Virus record (IMG/VR): IMGVR_UViG_3300030419_004548 | Location: 1-59,342 of that record | Reading direction: 5' to 3' (one strand) | From: a virus | Taxonomy: Duplodnaviria > Caudoviricetes | DNA: 59,342 nucleotides | Shown: in pieces, positions 8,953 to 19,030 of the stretch | Layout: each line of letters begins with the position of its first letter | How positions within the stretch are numbered: position 1 is the first letter of the stretch | Notes under the pieces: generated by a model | Told to the model about the DNA's origin: nothing | The model's database searches: none | What the model saw: the letters and a program-made list of their open reading frames with translations, nothing else | Position numbers and translations under genes: made by a program

Positions 8953-9899
8953 TTTGTTACTCCGTGTTCAGTTAAAAAATCATATACATCTTCTGAATCT
9001 ATTAATGAATCTAAAGAATTATAAGTTTTCATTTCTTCATTTATAAAGTCATCTGTAATTAAAAAGAAATTATCAAGTTCTTCAACTCTTCTCCATTCTT
9101 CAGCTGATACCATCTCTTCGTGTAATTTTTCACCAGGTCTGATTCCAATCGGAATCAATCCAACTTTACCTGTTTTGTCATACATATAAATTAGTGACTT
9201 TGCTATATCTGTGACTTTTACAGATTTGACTTTAGGAACTGCAATCTTTCCGTGTGAGTTTTCATTGTAATAAGTCCAATTGATTAAGTCTACAGCATCA
9301 TCTAAAGTCAATACAAATCTTGTCATACGAACATCTGTAATTGGAAGATTATCAACTCCATCATTCAATAGTTTTTTAAAGAATGGAATAACCGAACCTG
9401 TAGATTCTAAAACGTTACCATATCTAACTACCATCACTTTCATATCTTTTTGTTGTTTAGCATACTCAATATAAAGTCTCTCTGATATTGACTTACACAT
9501 ACCATACACGTTTATAGGATTACAAGCTTTGTCTGTCGATACAAATATTAAATCTTTTACGTTACCAACTTCAGTTACAGCCTCTATAACATTTTGATGT
9601 CCTACTATGTTTGTCTTTACACTTTCGAAAGGGTCATCTTCACATATAGGAACGTGTTTTAGTGCGGCCGCATTTATTACAACTCCAGGATTGAATCTTA
9701 TCAAACAATTTTTGATAGAATTTTTATCTTTTATGTCACCAATCATATTCTTGATATCAGGATATACTTGTTTTAGACTATGATGTTTATGTTCATCTCG
9801 TGACAAAACAATCACATCATTATTATCATAATATCGTTTAACAAGTGTTCTACCCAATGCACCTGTACCACCTATTATTAATATTCTTTTATTCTTCAT
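8949..9899 (-). CDS. UDP-GlcNAc 4,6-dehydratase (PseB/CapD family)
   Basis: GGTGALG, SRDEHK, AAALKHVP, STDKACNPINVYGMCK, RYGNV, GIRPGEKLHE. Confidence 0.9.
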   Translation of the reverse strand: MKNKRILIIGGTGALGRTLVKRYYDNNDVIVLSRDEHKHHSLKQVYPDIKNMIGDIKDKNSIKNCLIRFNPGVVINAAALKHVPICEDDPFESVKTNIVGHQNVIEAVTEVGNVKDLIFVSTDKACNPINVYGMCKSISERLYIEYAKQQKDMKVMVVRYGNVLESTGSVIPFFKKLLNDGVDNLPITDVRMTRFVLTLDDAVDLINWTYYNENSHGKIAVPKVKSVKVTDIAKSLIYMYDKTGKVGLIPIGIRPGEKLHEEMVSAEEWRRVEELDNFFLITDDFINEEMKTYNSLDSLIDSEDVYDFLTEHGVTK

Positions 9900-10824
9900 A
9901 TGTTTTCCACTCTATTCTTGTCGGCACGTTTGTACCTTCTATTGGTTTGACAAAAGTTGCTTCATCTTCTTCAGGTAACTTTCCCCACTTATTCACGAAT
10001 TTCTGTATATTAACTTGTTCTGCTTCTTGTTGTCTTTTTGACTTCATATAAAATTTATCTTTTGCTTCATCTCTAAAGTGACTACCACGAGCAGAGAAAT
10101 GCCATAGAACTGATTGAGGTACCATTCTGAACTTATAACCTTCTAACTGCATACGAATAAACAAATCTTTATCTTCCCACGATGCGGGTCTAAACAAATC
10201 ATCATTACCGCCTATCCATTTATAGTCTTCTACTTTACAAAAGAATCCCGCTCCTCCTGCTTTGACAACTTCTAATGAATCATTCATCTTAGAAAATTCT
10301 GTAGCCCATTGGTCAAACGAACTCCCATCAAAGTTTTCAGCATATGCTCCAAACTCGTCAACATCTACAAATACCGTTCCTGGTCTGTAGTCAGGGTCGT
10401 TTGTAAATATTTTTGGTTGTATTCTAAATGATGATGCTATCAATCTTTCATCCGGTTTCAAGTTATCGTATAATTTCAACAACTCTAAATCTTGATTAGG
10501 TGCTATCCACATATCTGAATGAATAATATTCACAAATTCTGTCTTCACTTTATCAACACAAAAATTCATACCGCCACCGATTCCTTTTGGGTCATCATTG
10601 TGGTCAATATAATATTCTATATCTAATTTTCTATAGTTAGAATCTAACCAATTATCAGTTCCATCATTACAATTTTCAGCGTGTACTATTATAGGCATAT
10701 CTTTATAATAGGCATTTTGTCGTATTGACTTAACGGCTAACTTTAAGTAATCTAAATTATTATTCGTAGAAATTGTAGTAGTTATTTTATGCTCCATTTT
10801 GTAGTCTCCTAACGTCATTGTCAA
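9889..10824 (-). CDS. Glycosyltransferase family 2
   Basis: NNNLDYLKLAVKSI, CNDGT, HSDM, WEDKDLFIR; true start probably at MEHK. Confidence 0.85.
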   Translation of the reverse strand: MTMTLGDYKMEHKITTTISTNNNLDYLKLAVKSIRQNAYYKDMPIIVHAENCNDGTDNWLDSNYRKLDIEYYIDHNDDPKGIGGGMNFCVDKVKTEFVNIIHSDMWIAPNQDLELLKLYDNLKPDERLIASSFRIQPKIFTNDPDYRPGTVFVDVDEFGAYAENFDGSSFDQWATEFSKMNDSLEVVKAGGAGFFCKVEDYKWIGGNDDLFRPASWEDKDLFIRMQLEGYKFRMVPQSVLWHFSARGSHFRDEAKDKFYMKSKRQQEAEQVNIQKFVNKWGKLPEEDEATFVKPIEGTNVPTRIEWKTYEE

Positions 10825-11755
10825 CCATTCTTGTTACCATATCTTCAAAAGAAGTCTTTGGTTGCCAATCTAATAAATAACGTGCTTTTGAAGAGTCACC
10901 TCTCAACACATCTACTTCAGCAGGTCTCATAAATCTCGGGTCTTGTTTGATATGTTTTTGCCAACTATCTATACCAACCCATCTAAAAGCTATATCTAAA
11001 AAGTCTCTTATACTATGAGCAGTTCCTGTTGCTACTACAAAATCTGTAGGCGAATCGTGTTGCATCATTTTCCACATTGACTCAACATAGTCAGGTGCAT
11101 ATCCCCAATCTCTTAACGAATCTAAATTACCTAAACTTATATGGTCTGTATGTCCTAAGTATATTTTTGCAACTCCATTAGTAATCTTTCTTGTTACAAA
11201 TTCAACACCTCTTCGTTCTGATTCGTGATTAAATAATATACCACTTACATTAAACATATCGTAAGACTCTCTATAGTTTTTAGTCATCCAATGAGCATAT
11301 AGTTTTGCAACACCATACGGTGAACGTGGATAAAAAGGAGTGTCTTCGTTAGCAGGATTCTCTATCATCTTACCAAACATTTCAGATGTAGATGCTTGAT
11401 AGAATTTGACATCTTTGCCATACTCTCTGATTGCTTCTAACATTCTCAATGCACCCATTCCTGTAACATCACTTGTTTGTTCAGGTGTGTTCCAACTCTC
11501 ACCTACAAATGATTGCGCACCTAAGTTATAAACTTCATCAGGATTTGATTCTCTTAGACATCTAACTAATGAATTTTGGTCTGTCAAATCACCATTGACA
11601 AATGTTATCTCATTTTCTAAATGTCTTGTATTAGTTCTGTTAGGACTTGAAGTTCTTCTCTCCATCCCAAATACTTTATAATTCTTTTTTAATAAAAAGT
11701 CAGCTAAGTGACTTCCATCCATTCCATTAATACCTGTGATTAATGCTCGTTTCAT
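10787..11755 (-). CDS. gmd: GDP-mannose 4,6-dehydratase
   Basis: ALITGINGMDGSHL, YNLGAQSFV, QASTSEMFG, PRSPYGVAK, FNHESERRG, RDWG, RPAEV. Confidence 0.95.
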   Translation of the reverse strand: MKRALITGINGMDGSHLADFLLKKNYKVFGMERRTSSPNRTNTRHLENEITFVNGDLTDQNSLVRCLRESNPDEVYNLGAQSFVGESWNTPEQTSDVTGMGALRMLEAIREYGKDVKFYQASTSEMFGKMIENPANEDTPFYPRSPYGVAKLYAHWMTKNYRESYDMFNVSGILFNHESERRGVEFVTRKITNGVAKIYLGHTDHISLGNLDSLRDWGYAPDYVESMWKMMQHDSPTDFVVATGTAHSIRDFLDIAFRWVGIDSWQKHIKQDPRFMRPAEVDVLRGDSSKARYLLDWQPKTSFEDMVTRMVDNDVRRLQNGA

Positions 11756-12741
11756 TTCGACTCCTGTTTTTCTACTTCACTCCAAACATCGTCCCAAGTG
11801 TACCATTTAAAATTAGGATTAAAAATATTTGCATCATTTACTTTACACATCTCATTAGCAATGTGATACCAATTCTGTCCTTTAAGTCTTTTATCATCTA
11901 TGTATTCTATGTCAGCCTCATCCAATACCCAAGAACGTTTCTTAGGATGTTTTCTATTATGTACAATTAATATATTTTTAAAATGATATTGTGGCATATC
12001 AGGTAATACTCTTTTTGCCATCTGACCTAATGCTGTATCATCAATAAAGAATGTTCCTTTAGGTATGTTAACACCTGCCTTAACTGCTTCTGAACTTATT
12101 ATAAATCCACAACCATTAAACTTATGTGGTTTGATATTAGTAACTTGTAAATCTTCTACCTTATCATTGAAAGCATCCATCTCTTCTATATTCATTGTGT
12201 AAGGTATACTCCACCAATTTTTTGTATCTGCTTCTATGAATGGTTTGTCTGTAAACTCTACGTGTTCTAATGGTTTCCAAGAATCATCCCACATCTTATT
12301 TATACCAAATGTAGAAATGTATTTAGGAGTTTGGTCTTTAACTTGTTGATGTAAAGAATCTAATATTGTAAACATTGACTTAGGCATAAGTGCATCAGTT
12401 TCACCCTGTATAAGAACTTCAGCTTTATCACAATATTCTTCTAAGAACCATCTTCTGTAATATGCTATAGTAGTAAAATCTTCATTTATTTCATAAGTAA
12501 GATAACAATTCAACTCTTGGAACTCACTCATCATATCTTCAAATCGTTCTACTAATTTATCAATCGTCATCAATGAAGTATCTATCTTTTCTAACTTCTG
12601 ATTGATATTAAAAGTAAAGTGTACATCAACAGGTTCTCCGTCTTGATGATTCAAACATCTTTTTAAACTTTCTATATACTCTCCAACTATCTCTATCTCA
12701 TACCATTGTACAAGACACCCTATCGCAAATTTAGTTTTCAT
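11752..12741 (-). CDS. Hypothetical protein, possible GT-A fold glycosyltransferase
   Basis: GETD (DxD-like) after a hydrophobic strand, NGCG, DDT; cluster context. Confidence 0.45.
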   Translation of the reverse strand: MKTKFAIGCLVQWYEIEIVGEYIESLKRCLNHQDGEPVDVHFTFNINQKLEKIDTSLMTIDKLVERFEDMMSEFQELNCYLTYEINEDFTTIAYYRRWFLEEYCDKAEVLIQGETDALMPKSMFTILDSLHQQVKDQTPKYISTFGINKMWDDSWKPLEHVEFTDKPFIEADTKNWWSIPYTMNIEEMDAFNDKVEDLQVTNIKPHKFNGCGFIISSEAVKAGVNIPKGTFFIDDTALGQMAKRVLPDMPQYHFKNILIVHNRKHPKKRSWVLDEADIEYIDDKRLKGQNWYHIANEMCKVNDANIFNPNFKWYTWDDVWSEVEKQESK

Positions 12742-13465
12742 AATTATTTTTTATCCTGTTCCAAGTCTCTTCCATTAAACCATAACGCATAGACTTATCA
12801 AATCCATTAAAGTGCCAAACATATCCAGCATCAACAAACATAAAATCTTTTAACAACTCTTTCCTGTAAAGATGGGTAAGGTTGTATTTCTTAGGTAAGA
12901 ATTTAACACTATTATTTATTCTTGTCAAGTAATTTATTGGTGTTTGGTCAGTTCCTTTACTAATTGTATTTTGTAGATTAATAAGTTCTTCTCTGTTTTG
13001 AGATTCAAATTCTATGAACTTATCACATAATGATTTATGCTCTTTGGTCATAACAATAAATCCACAATTAAAATACTCTTCCCAATCTAACTCTCTATCA
13101 AAAAACTTTTTATATCCTTGTATACTTTCTTGTACCCAACCAATATTATCATTATCAGGACAGGCACTAAATGAATCAACTAAATCAAAGAAGTTTGGTG
13201 CGTTCCATTTGACCATAGTATCAACATCAACTAAAGCAACTTTATCATATTCCAAATCACTATTTTCTAATATCTTCCAAATGTACCATCGTTGCCAAGT
13301 AGGTTTCAATATAGTAGTATCCATTAATGGTTCTTCTAATACCATCAAGTCTACATTGTTTTTATTACACCAATAATTCCAAGTGTTTAAACAGAAGGGT
13401 TTGTAGTCAATATCTACAAGACCTTTCATTGCTGTAATTACAACTACATTTTTATTCATAGACAT
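12731..13465 (-). CDS. Nucleotide-diphospho-sugar transferase (GT8/GT34-like)
   Basis: LVDVDT DxD, YFNCGFIV, DQTPIN, WHFNG. Confidence 0.8.
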   Translation of the reverse strand: MSMNKNVVVITAMKGLVDIDYKPFCLNTWNYWCNKNNVDLMVLEEPLMDTTILKPTWQRWYIWKILENSDLEYDKVALVDVDTMVKWNAPNFFDLVDSFSACPDNDNIGWVQESIQGYKKFFDRELDWEEYFNCGFIVMTKEHKSLCDKFIEFESQNREELINLQNTISKGTDQTPINYLTRINNSVKFLPKKYNLTHLYRKELLKDFMFVDAGYVWHFNGFDKSMRYGLMEETWNRIKNNYEN

Positions 13466-14207
13466 AGTTTGCTGATAACTCTCTAAACTCTAAAAACTTT
13501 TCCATCAATCCGTTAGACTGCATATATCCAAACATTCCTTGTTCAGCATTTTGACAATAAGTTTGTAAATCTAAATCACTAACACCACTTTTGTAAGTAT
13601 GTGCTGAATGATGTATTAACGGACATCTATCTACTACTCCAACTTTCCATCCTTGTTTTTCACATAAGATACCTGATAAAACATCTTGACCCCAACCATA
13701 AACTAACTCATCAGGAAACTGAGGATACACTCTAATAAAATCTTTGTGTATTAATGGTGCTTGAAAGTCTACCCATTTTACTTGTCGAATCTCATTACTA
13801 TTCCAACAATGCATATATTTCCATTTACATTGATTCTCAACTTGTAGAACAGAAGGAGATATTATTTTATAAGTCAATGAGTCTTTGTAAAACATTTCTT
13901 CTCTGAGTGTTCTTACAAAGTTATTTCCTTGAAGGACTAAGTCATTGTTCAATGATAAAAGACTATCGTATTGTTCAGACATTGTGAAGAAATCTAATGC
14001 TATATTTAGAGCACCACCAAAGTATGTATTCTGACCTGTTTCGTGTGTTGTATACTTTGACTTACCATCTTCACGAGAACCATTATCAATCAGAATTAAA
14101 TCATAATCATCTCTTTCATATGGTTTTAATTCTTCCCATAATTTATCTGTCATCTCGGGAAGATTGTGATTGTATATAACTGCTAATGTTTTAGTTGGTA
14201 GGCTCAT
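13452..14207 (-). CDS. Glycosyltransferase family 2-like
   Basis: LIDNGS, YFGGALN, LNNDL, GWGQD. Confidence 0.75.
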   Translation of the reverse strand: MSLPTKTLAVIYNHNLPEMTDKLWEELKPYERDDYDLILIDNGSREDGKSKYTTHETGQNTYFGGALNIALDFFTMSEQYDSLLSLNNDLVLQGNNFVRTLREEMFYKDSLTYKIISPSVLQVENQCKWKYMHCWNSNEIRQVKWVDFQAPLIHKDFIRVYPQFPDELVYGWGQDVLSGILCEKQGWKVGVVDRCPLIHHSAHTYKSGVSDLDLQTYCQNAEQGMFGYMQSNGLMEKFLEFRELSANYVYE

Positions 14208-14898
14208 ATCTATGACCTTCTAATTTAAAATTAATAAATGGATTTAAAGAATGTATATTACATCCATAAACCTCTTGTATTCTATTTTTAATATCTATCG
14301 TGTTTTGGTCAGTTAGATAAAGCCAACGTTCTATTCCACTCCAATTACTTGCATCAGGCCAATGTGGTTTAACGTAACCATCATAATATAATTTTCCGTC
14401 AATCTTACCAACATCATTTCCACAAACAATTATATTCTTAGCGCCCATATAAGCAGCGATGTTCATACAAGTGTTTATAGTAGTCCTAATACAAATCATT
14501 AAGTCTGTTCCTATATTATCAAGTGTCGATTGTTCATTAGCGGGTCCGTTTTCCCACATATAAAAATTATCACCATCCGGACACTCGTTCTCACCTTTGT
14601 CTACATAACCTTTAAAGTATTTACTATATAAAAATTTAATCTTTGGATGATTGTGTAAATCTACAATAGTTTTATCCCATCGTACTTTTACGTTTAAATC
14701 TTTTCCGGCAATATAATCACAAGGATATTTTTCATAAGTTTGATTAACTCCCATTGTTATTTTGTTTTCAAAGAAAGAAGGGTCTACAAAATTCATAGAA
14801 GAGCCACCACCAACTATCCAAATGTCTTCACCTGAATGTACATCTTTTAATTCTTTCAATAACTTATTTGCCATATTTTCTCCAAATGTGTTCTGCAA
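14191..14898 (-). CDS. DUF115/MAF_flag10-like (Maf/sialyltransferase-like or MptE-like) protein
   Basis: LKDVHSGEDIWIVGGGSS, TMGVN, AAYMGAKNIIVCGND; start probably MANKLL at 14874. Confidence 0.7.
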   Translation of the reverse strand: MQNTFGENMANKLLKELKDVHSGEDIWIVGGGSSMNFVDPSFFENKITMGVNQTYEKYPCDYIAGKDLNVKVRWDKTIVDLHNHPKIKFLYSKYFKGYVDKGENECPDGDNFYMWENGPANEQSTLDNIGTDLMICIRTTINTCMNIAAYMGAKNIIVCGNDVGKIDGKLYYDGYVKPHWPDASNWSGIERWLYLTDQNTIDIKNRIQEVYGCNIHSLNPFINFKLEGHRYEPTN

Positions 14899-15520
14899 TC
14901 ATAAAGTCAAATTCAGTATCTATATCTATTGATTCAACTTCATTCGTAACGTGAAACGTAGGTTCATCAGTTACTACATTTCTAAACTCGTGTAAGTCTT
15001 CACAAGATAGAATACAACATCCATAATTTACAGAATAAATATCAGGTAAATCTTGTGAGTTTGGTGCATCACTTGGATTGTAATTTAGTGGTTTCCCATC
15101 TAACCACATATGATGTTTTTGTGATGTTACCGTTACTATATTTCTTGCACCATTTCTAAATCTTGATACACATTCACTTATAGTTTCACTACTAAGTAAT
15201 GGTGATGTACAAGGAGAATACATAATGTATTCACTATCAACTGCAGTAGTTAAATTTACCATAAAATCACTATTGTTCACTTCACTACTCGCATAATAAT
15301 CTTCTCTACGATGTGCAGTTACATTATGTTTACGAGCTATGTCTAACATTTTGTCTGAATCACTCGTCACAACTATTTCATCCAACCCCGCAACTTTCTT
15401 CAGAGTTTCAATTTTTATGTCTAATAAAGTCGTGTTTGCAAATGGTTTTAAATTCTTATTTTTAACTCTTTGTGAACCTTTTCTAACCGGTATAACTGCT
15501 GTTAGTTTATTTGTTTTCAC
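14864..15520 (-). CDS. Acylneuraminate/ulosonate cytidylyltransferase (NeuA/KdsB family)
   Basis: IPVRKGSQRVKNKNLKPF, VTSDS, TSPL, SQDLP, IDIDTEFDF. Confidence 0.9.
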   Translation of the reverse strand: MKTNKLTAVIPVRKGSQRVKNKNLKPFANTTLLDIKIETLKKVAGLDEIVVTSDSDKMLDIARKHNVTAHRREDYYASSEVNNSDFMVNLTTAVDSEYIMYSPCTSPLLSSETISECVSRFRNGARNIVTVTSQKHHMWLDGKPLNYNPSDAPNSQDLPDIYSVNYGCCILSCEDLHEFRNVVTDEPTFHVTNEVESIDIDTEFDFMIAEHIWRKYGK

Positions 15521-16505
15521 TCATAACCTCCTGTAAAATAGCATTCCAATTATCTCTAAAAGTAATTCCTCTGTCATCAATATAGTATTCTGCTCTTGGT
15601 TTTTCCCAAGTAACATAATCTACATATTGTCTAACATCGTATTTTTCTAACCATTCTTCAACTAATTCAACTCCTGTTTTACCATTAACTAATGGTCTAT
15701 CAGGTCTTGCTTTTGCTGTGAATATTATTATATTCCATTTCTCTGATAATTCTTTTAGTGCTTCTAAACTACCACGTATTGGTTCACCATAACAAGTTCC
15801 ATCGTACCAACCTTTATCCATACTATGAATCACACCATCAAAATCTACAGCTATATTTTTCAATTCATTTTCAAATCCTGGTGGAACATTTAAATTAGAA
15901 ATATCTGTATTTACTTCTGATTCTATACCTAATTCTTCAAATCGTCTGTCTTGAGCTTTACCTGCTATTGTCGGACATTTAAATCCTGCTCCGTGTATCA
16001 ATTCATAAATCAATGCTAATGATATTATTTCTGATGTATGATAATTTATTACATCAAAACTAATAGGAATAATTCTTTCGTCTAATCCTTCTTTCGGTTG
16101 TGCGCTCCATAAACAACTATTAATATTATTGTCCACAGACCAATTTAGTCCATTTACTAATGAATTAGAAGACGCACCTGTTGTCGAACAACTTATACCT
16201 ATTGCCAAACATTTAGATTTATCTAATCCTCTACTACGTAACTCTAACCATTTTGATAGCCAAGTTTCAAAAGATTCATCTGAAATAATAGATGTAACTA
16301 AAGTACCACTACCCGGTGCAATTACATTCTTATCAGTTAGTCTTGACATATCAATAGCACCATGGTCTGCTACTCCAAGATTACCACCGTGTCCAAACAA
16401 GAATATATGTTCAGCTTCATTAAATGCTTTTTGTAGTTCTCTCCACTTAGCTGAGTTTCCTATTTGTCTAAATTTACTTTCAAAATTTTCTATACTAACC
16501 ATCAA
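15507..16505 (-). CDS. SIS (sugar isomerase, GmhA-like) domain fused to a HAD phosphatase domain
   Basis: N-terminal FGHGGNLGVADHGAID (SIS); C-terminal AVDFDGVIH, FTA, KPRAEYYIDDRG (HAD). Confidence 0.8.
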   Translation of the reverse strand: MMVSIENFESKFRQIGNSAKWRELQKAFNEAEHIFLFGHGGNLGVADHGAIDMSRLTDKNVIAPGSGTLVTSIISDESFETWLSKWLELRSRGLDKSKCLAIGISCSTTGASSNSLVNGLNWSVDNNINSCLWSAQPKEGLDERIIPISFDVINYHTSEIISLALIYELIHGAGFKCPTIAGKAQDRRFEELGIESEVNTDISNLNVPPGFENELKNIAVDFDGVIHSMDKGWYDGTCYGEPIRGSLEALKELSEKWNIIIFTAKARPDRPLVNGKTGVELVEEWLEKYDVRQYVDYVTWEKPRAEYYIDDRGITFRDNWNAILQEVMSENK

Positions 16506-16514
16506 AGTCTCCTA

Positions 16515-17504
16515 CTAATTTTTCCAAAAATCATAAATGCCTTTTTCGACCTCATAGATTTCCCAAGATTGTCTTTTTCTATTTGGTTGTTCTTGTGCCC
16601 AAGACCACATATTACTTAGACCAAGTTCTAAGTCTGTAGTGTCTTTGTAGTCAAGAAGTTCCATAGACTTTTCCCACGTAGGATGTGCGTTCTTTACTTC
16701 GTGTCTCGGTTCAAGATGAACTGATTTACCACCTTGAATAACATCCATCAATACATTGTTTGCTTCATTAATAGTATAGAACGTACCACTACCAAGATTA
16801 ATTATCTCTTTAGATGCTCTTTCATCTACTCCTGCTTTATATAAAGGTTCTAAACAATCACCGATATAACTAAATGCTCTCTTTTGTTCACCATCTCCAA
16901 AAATAGTCATAGGTTGGTCATTCATATATTGATACATCCAAATACCTAATACGTTTCTGTACCTATCCCAAATGTTTTGTTTCTCACCATACACATTATG
17001 TGGTCTAATAATACACCAATCTAATCCGTGTTGTTCACCTGCGATTTGAATATCCATTTCACAAGCATACTTTGCTACACCATAAGGGTCTATTGGAGTA
17101 GGAGTATGTGATTCATCAAACGGAGGATTTCCGTGTCCGTAAACTGCCATCGTAGAAGTAAAAACGAGTCTCTGTACATCATAATTTATACAAGCATTTA
17201 TTACTTTTGATGTAGACATCAAATTATTTTTATAATTAAAAGACCTCATAAAAGGACTCAATCCTTCTGCGGCATATGCGGCAAAGTGATAAACTATATC
17301 AGGTCTTGCTGTTTCGAATAACTTTTCTAACTTACTATTATCTGCTAAATCAAATTGATGAAATTGAACTTCTCTATGTACATTATCAATGTAACCACCA
17401 CTCAAGTCATCAACACCTATGATTATATCATCTGTATTAGTTGCGAACCAATCAGCTAATCTACTACCAAGTAAACCTGCTACTCCTGTTATTAATATTC
17501 TCAT
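16515..17504 (-). CDS. NAD-dependent epimerase/dehydratase
   Basis: ITGVAGLLG, DDLSGG, HFAA, STMAVYG, YGVAK, RPHNVYG. Confidence 0.9.
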   Translation of the reverse strand: MRILITGVAGLLGSRLADWFATNTDDIIIGVDDLSGGYIDNVHREVQFHQFDLADNSKLEKLFETARPDIVYHFAAYAAEGLSPFMRSFNYKNNLMSTSKVINACINYDVQRLVFTSTMAVYGHGNPPFDESHTPTPIDPYGVAKYACEMDIQIAGEQHGLDWCIIRPHNVYGEKQNIWDRYRNVLGIWMYQYMNDQPMTIFGDGEQKRAFSYIGDCLEPLYKAGVDERASKEIINLGSGTFYTINEANNVLMDVIQGGKSVHLEPRHEVKNAHPTWEKSMELLDYKDTTDLELGLSNMWSWAQEQPNRKRQSWEIYEVEKGIYDFWKN

Positions 17505-18139
17505 ACTTTTATTCCACTTATCTCCTCGTTATAGAATTTATTTTGTTGTTCTTGTTTTTCAATAGTCTTTGTATGTAATAAACAAAACTCATCTTCAAAT
17601 GGTAATGCTGTAGTTACCTTCGCACCTGTCAGTATTTCGTGTACAGGTTTTACCCATTTAATTCTTTTATCATTCTTGTATAATCTTGCTTGTGGGTCAG
17701 GAAAATTTATCCTACCCTTCTCATCTAATCTATATCCATATCTTTTACAATGCTCTTCTGTTATTCCTTCTACGGTATTTATTCTCGGTATCCAAAACAT
17801 CTCTACCGTAGGATTAGCATTTATCAAAGCCTTGATATTTCCTATTAGTGTGTCTTGAGGTATCTCATCTGCATCTAATTGAAAAATATAGTCTTTTGTA
17901 CATAGAGAATTTAAGTAATTTTTATGAGAAGCAAAATCTTTTTTTAATTTTTTTTGTTCAAATTTATCTATAAATCCACAATCAATATAAGGTTTCAACA
18001 TATCCAAGTGACTATCATAGCTGAAGTCATCAAGTACAACTACTTCATCTTCATCTTGAATTTTCCAATTCATTAACTCATCAAGCAATCTTTTTAATTC
18101 ATAAGTCTCGTTGTGAGATGTTATCGCATAACTAATCAT
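17501..18139 (-). CDS. Glycosyltransferase family 2
   Basis: VLDD, QLDADE, PRIN, PDPQARLY, VHE. Confidence 0.85.
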   Translation of the reverse strand: MISYAITSHNETYELKRLLDELMNWKIQDEDEVVVLDDFSYDSHLDMLKPYIDCGFIDKFEQKKLKKDFASHKNYLNSLCTKDYIFQLDADEIPQDTLIGNIKALINANPTVEMFWIPRINTVEGITEEHCKRYGYRLDEKGRINFPDPQARLYKNDKRIKWVKPVHEILTGAKVTTALPFEDEFCLLHTKTIEKQEQQNKFYNEEISGIKV

Positions 18140-18567
18140 AATATCGCATCCAATACTTCAGGTTCTATTTTTACGGGTTCGAGAAAGACTTGACCTCGTG
18201 ATGCTCTATCATAATAATATGTTCTGTAAATCCCATATTTCTTAATCAAAGCTCGTGTTCTTGAGTACACTTGAGGACTTCTTCCTTCAACTAAAATCTT
18301 TATAATATTATCTTTTTTATCTACTTCTTTTATAGTACCAATCTTTTCAAATAAATCTATCAATGCAGATTCAGAACGAATAGCAGGAACATTTCTTACA
18401 TCTAATTGGTATCCGTGTAGTAAGAGGTTCTTTGAATTAGGATGTTTCAATCTCTTTTCAAGTACAATAACACTTCGTTTTGTAGAACGACCATCACTAC
18501 CTTGATATCTGAAAGATACTATATCTCCTCTTTCAACTTTACCCCAACTATATGGTTGTCTTGCCAT
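18136..18567 (-). CDS. Hypothetical phage protein
   Basis: Coupled ORF; at most a faint resemblance to T4 gp2-type proteins. Confidence 0.55.
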   Translation of the reverse strand: MARQPYSWGKVERGDIVSFRYQGSDGRSTKRSVIVLEKRLKHPNSKNLLLHGYQLDVRNVPAIRSESALIDLFEKIGTIKEVDKKDNIIKILVEGRSPQVYSRTRALIKKYGIYRTYYYDRASRGQVFLEPVKIEPEVLDAIL

Positions 18568-19027
18568 TTGATTTATCTACGTGTTGTGTTATTCCTAATG
18601 ATTTACAAGCATCAAGAAATTCATATTTACTAAATGATTCTGCACCATCGACATCAAGAAACGTTTCATAGTAACCACCATCAGGTTTAGGATAGTTCTT
18701 TCTTTGGTCTTTTGGTATCTCTTTTACTTTGGCAACTTTGTAGTACCATAACTCAGGTTCACCTTCAGGATAAATCATACCCATAGCTCCCATATTAATT
18801 AAAGAAGGATACCATTCTAATCCTCGTTCTCTGTCTTCTATTTTTAATTGTTTTACCAATGATGTATAATTTTGTGTCTCTTCATCACACTCATTTAATT
18901 TAAGTGCTGAGTTAGAAGTATAACCACAATCAAAACAAATATAAGATTCGAATCCTTCGTCCGTAACTTCTACAAAACAAGAATGATTATCACCATTGAA
19001 AGTAGGACAAGTTGTTTTCTTTTCCAT
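18548..19027 (-). CDS. Hypothetical protein with zinc-ribbon-like N-terminus
   Basis: CP...C...CFDCGY. Confidence 0.6.
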   Translation of the reverse strand: MEKKTTCPTFNGDNHSCFVEVTDEGFESYICFDCGYTSNSALKLNECDEETQNYTSLVKQLKIEDRERGLEWYPSLINMGAMGMIYPEGEPELWYYKVAKVKEIPKDQRKNYPKPDGGYYETFLDVDGAESFSKYEFLDACKSLGITQHVDKSNGKTTI

Positions 19028-19030
19028 TTA

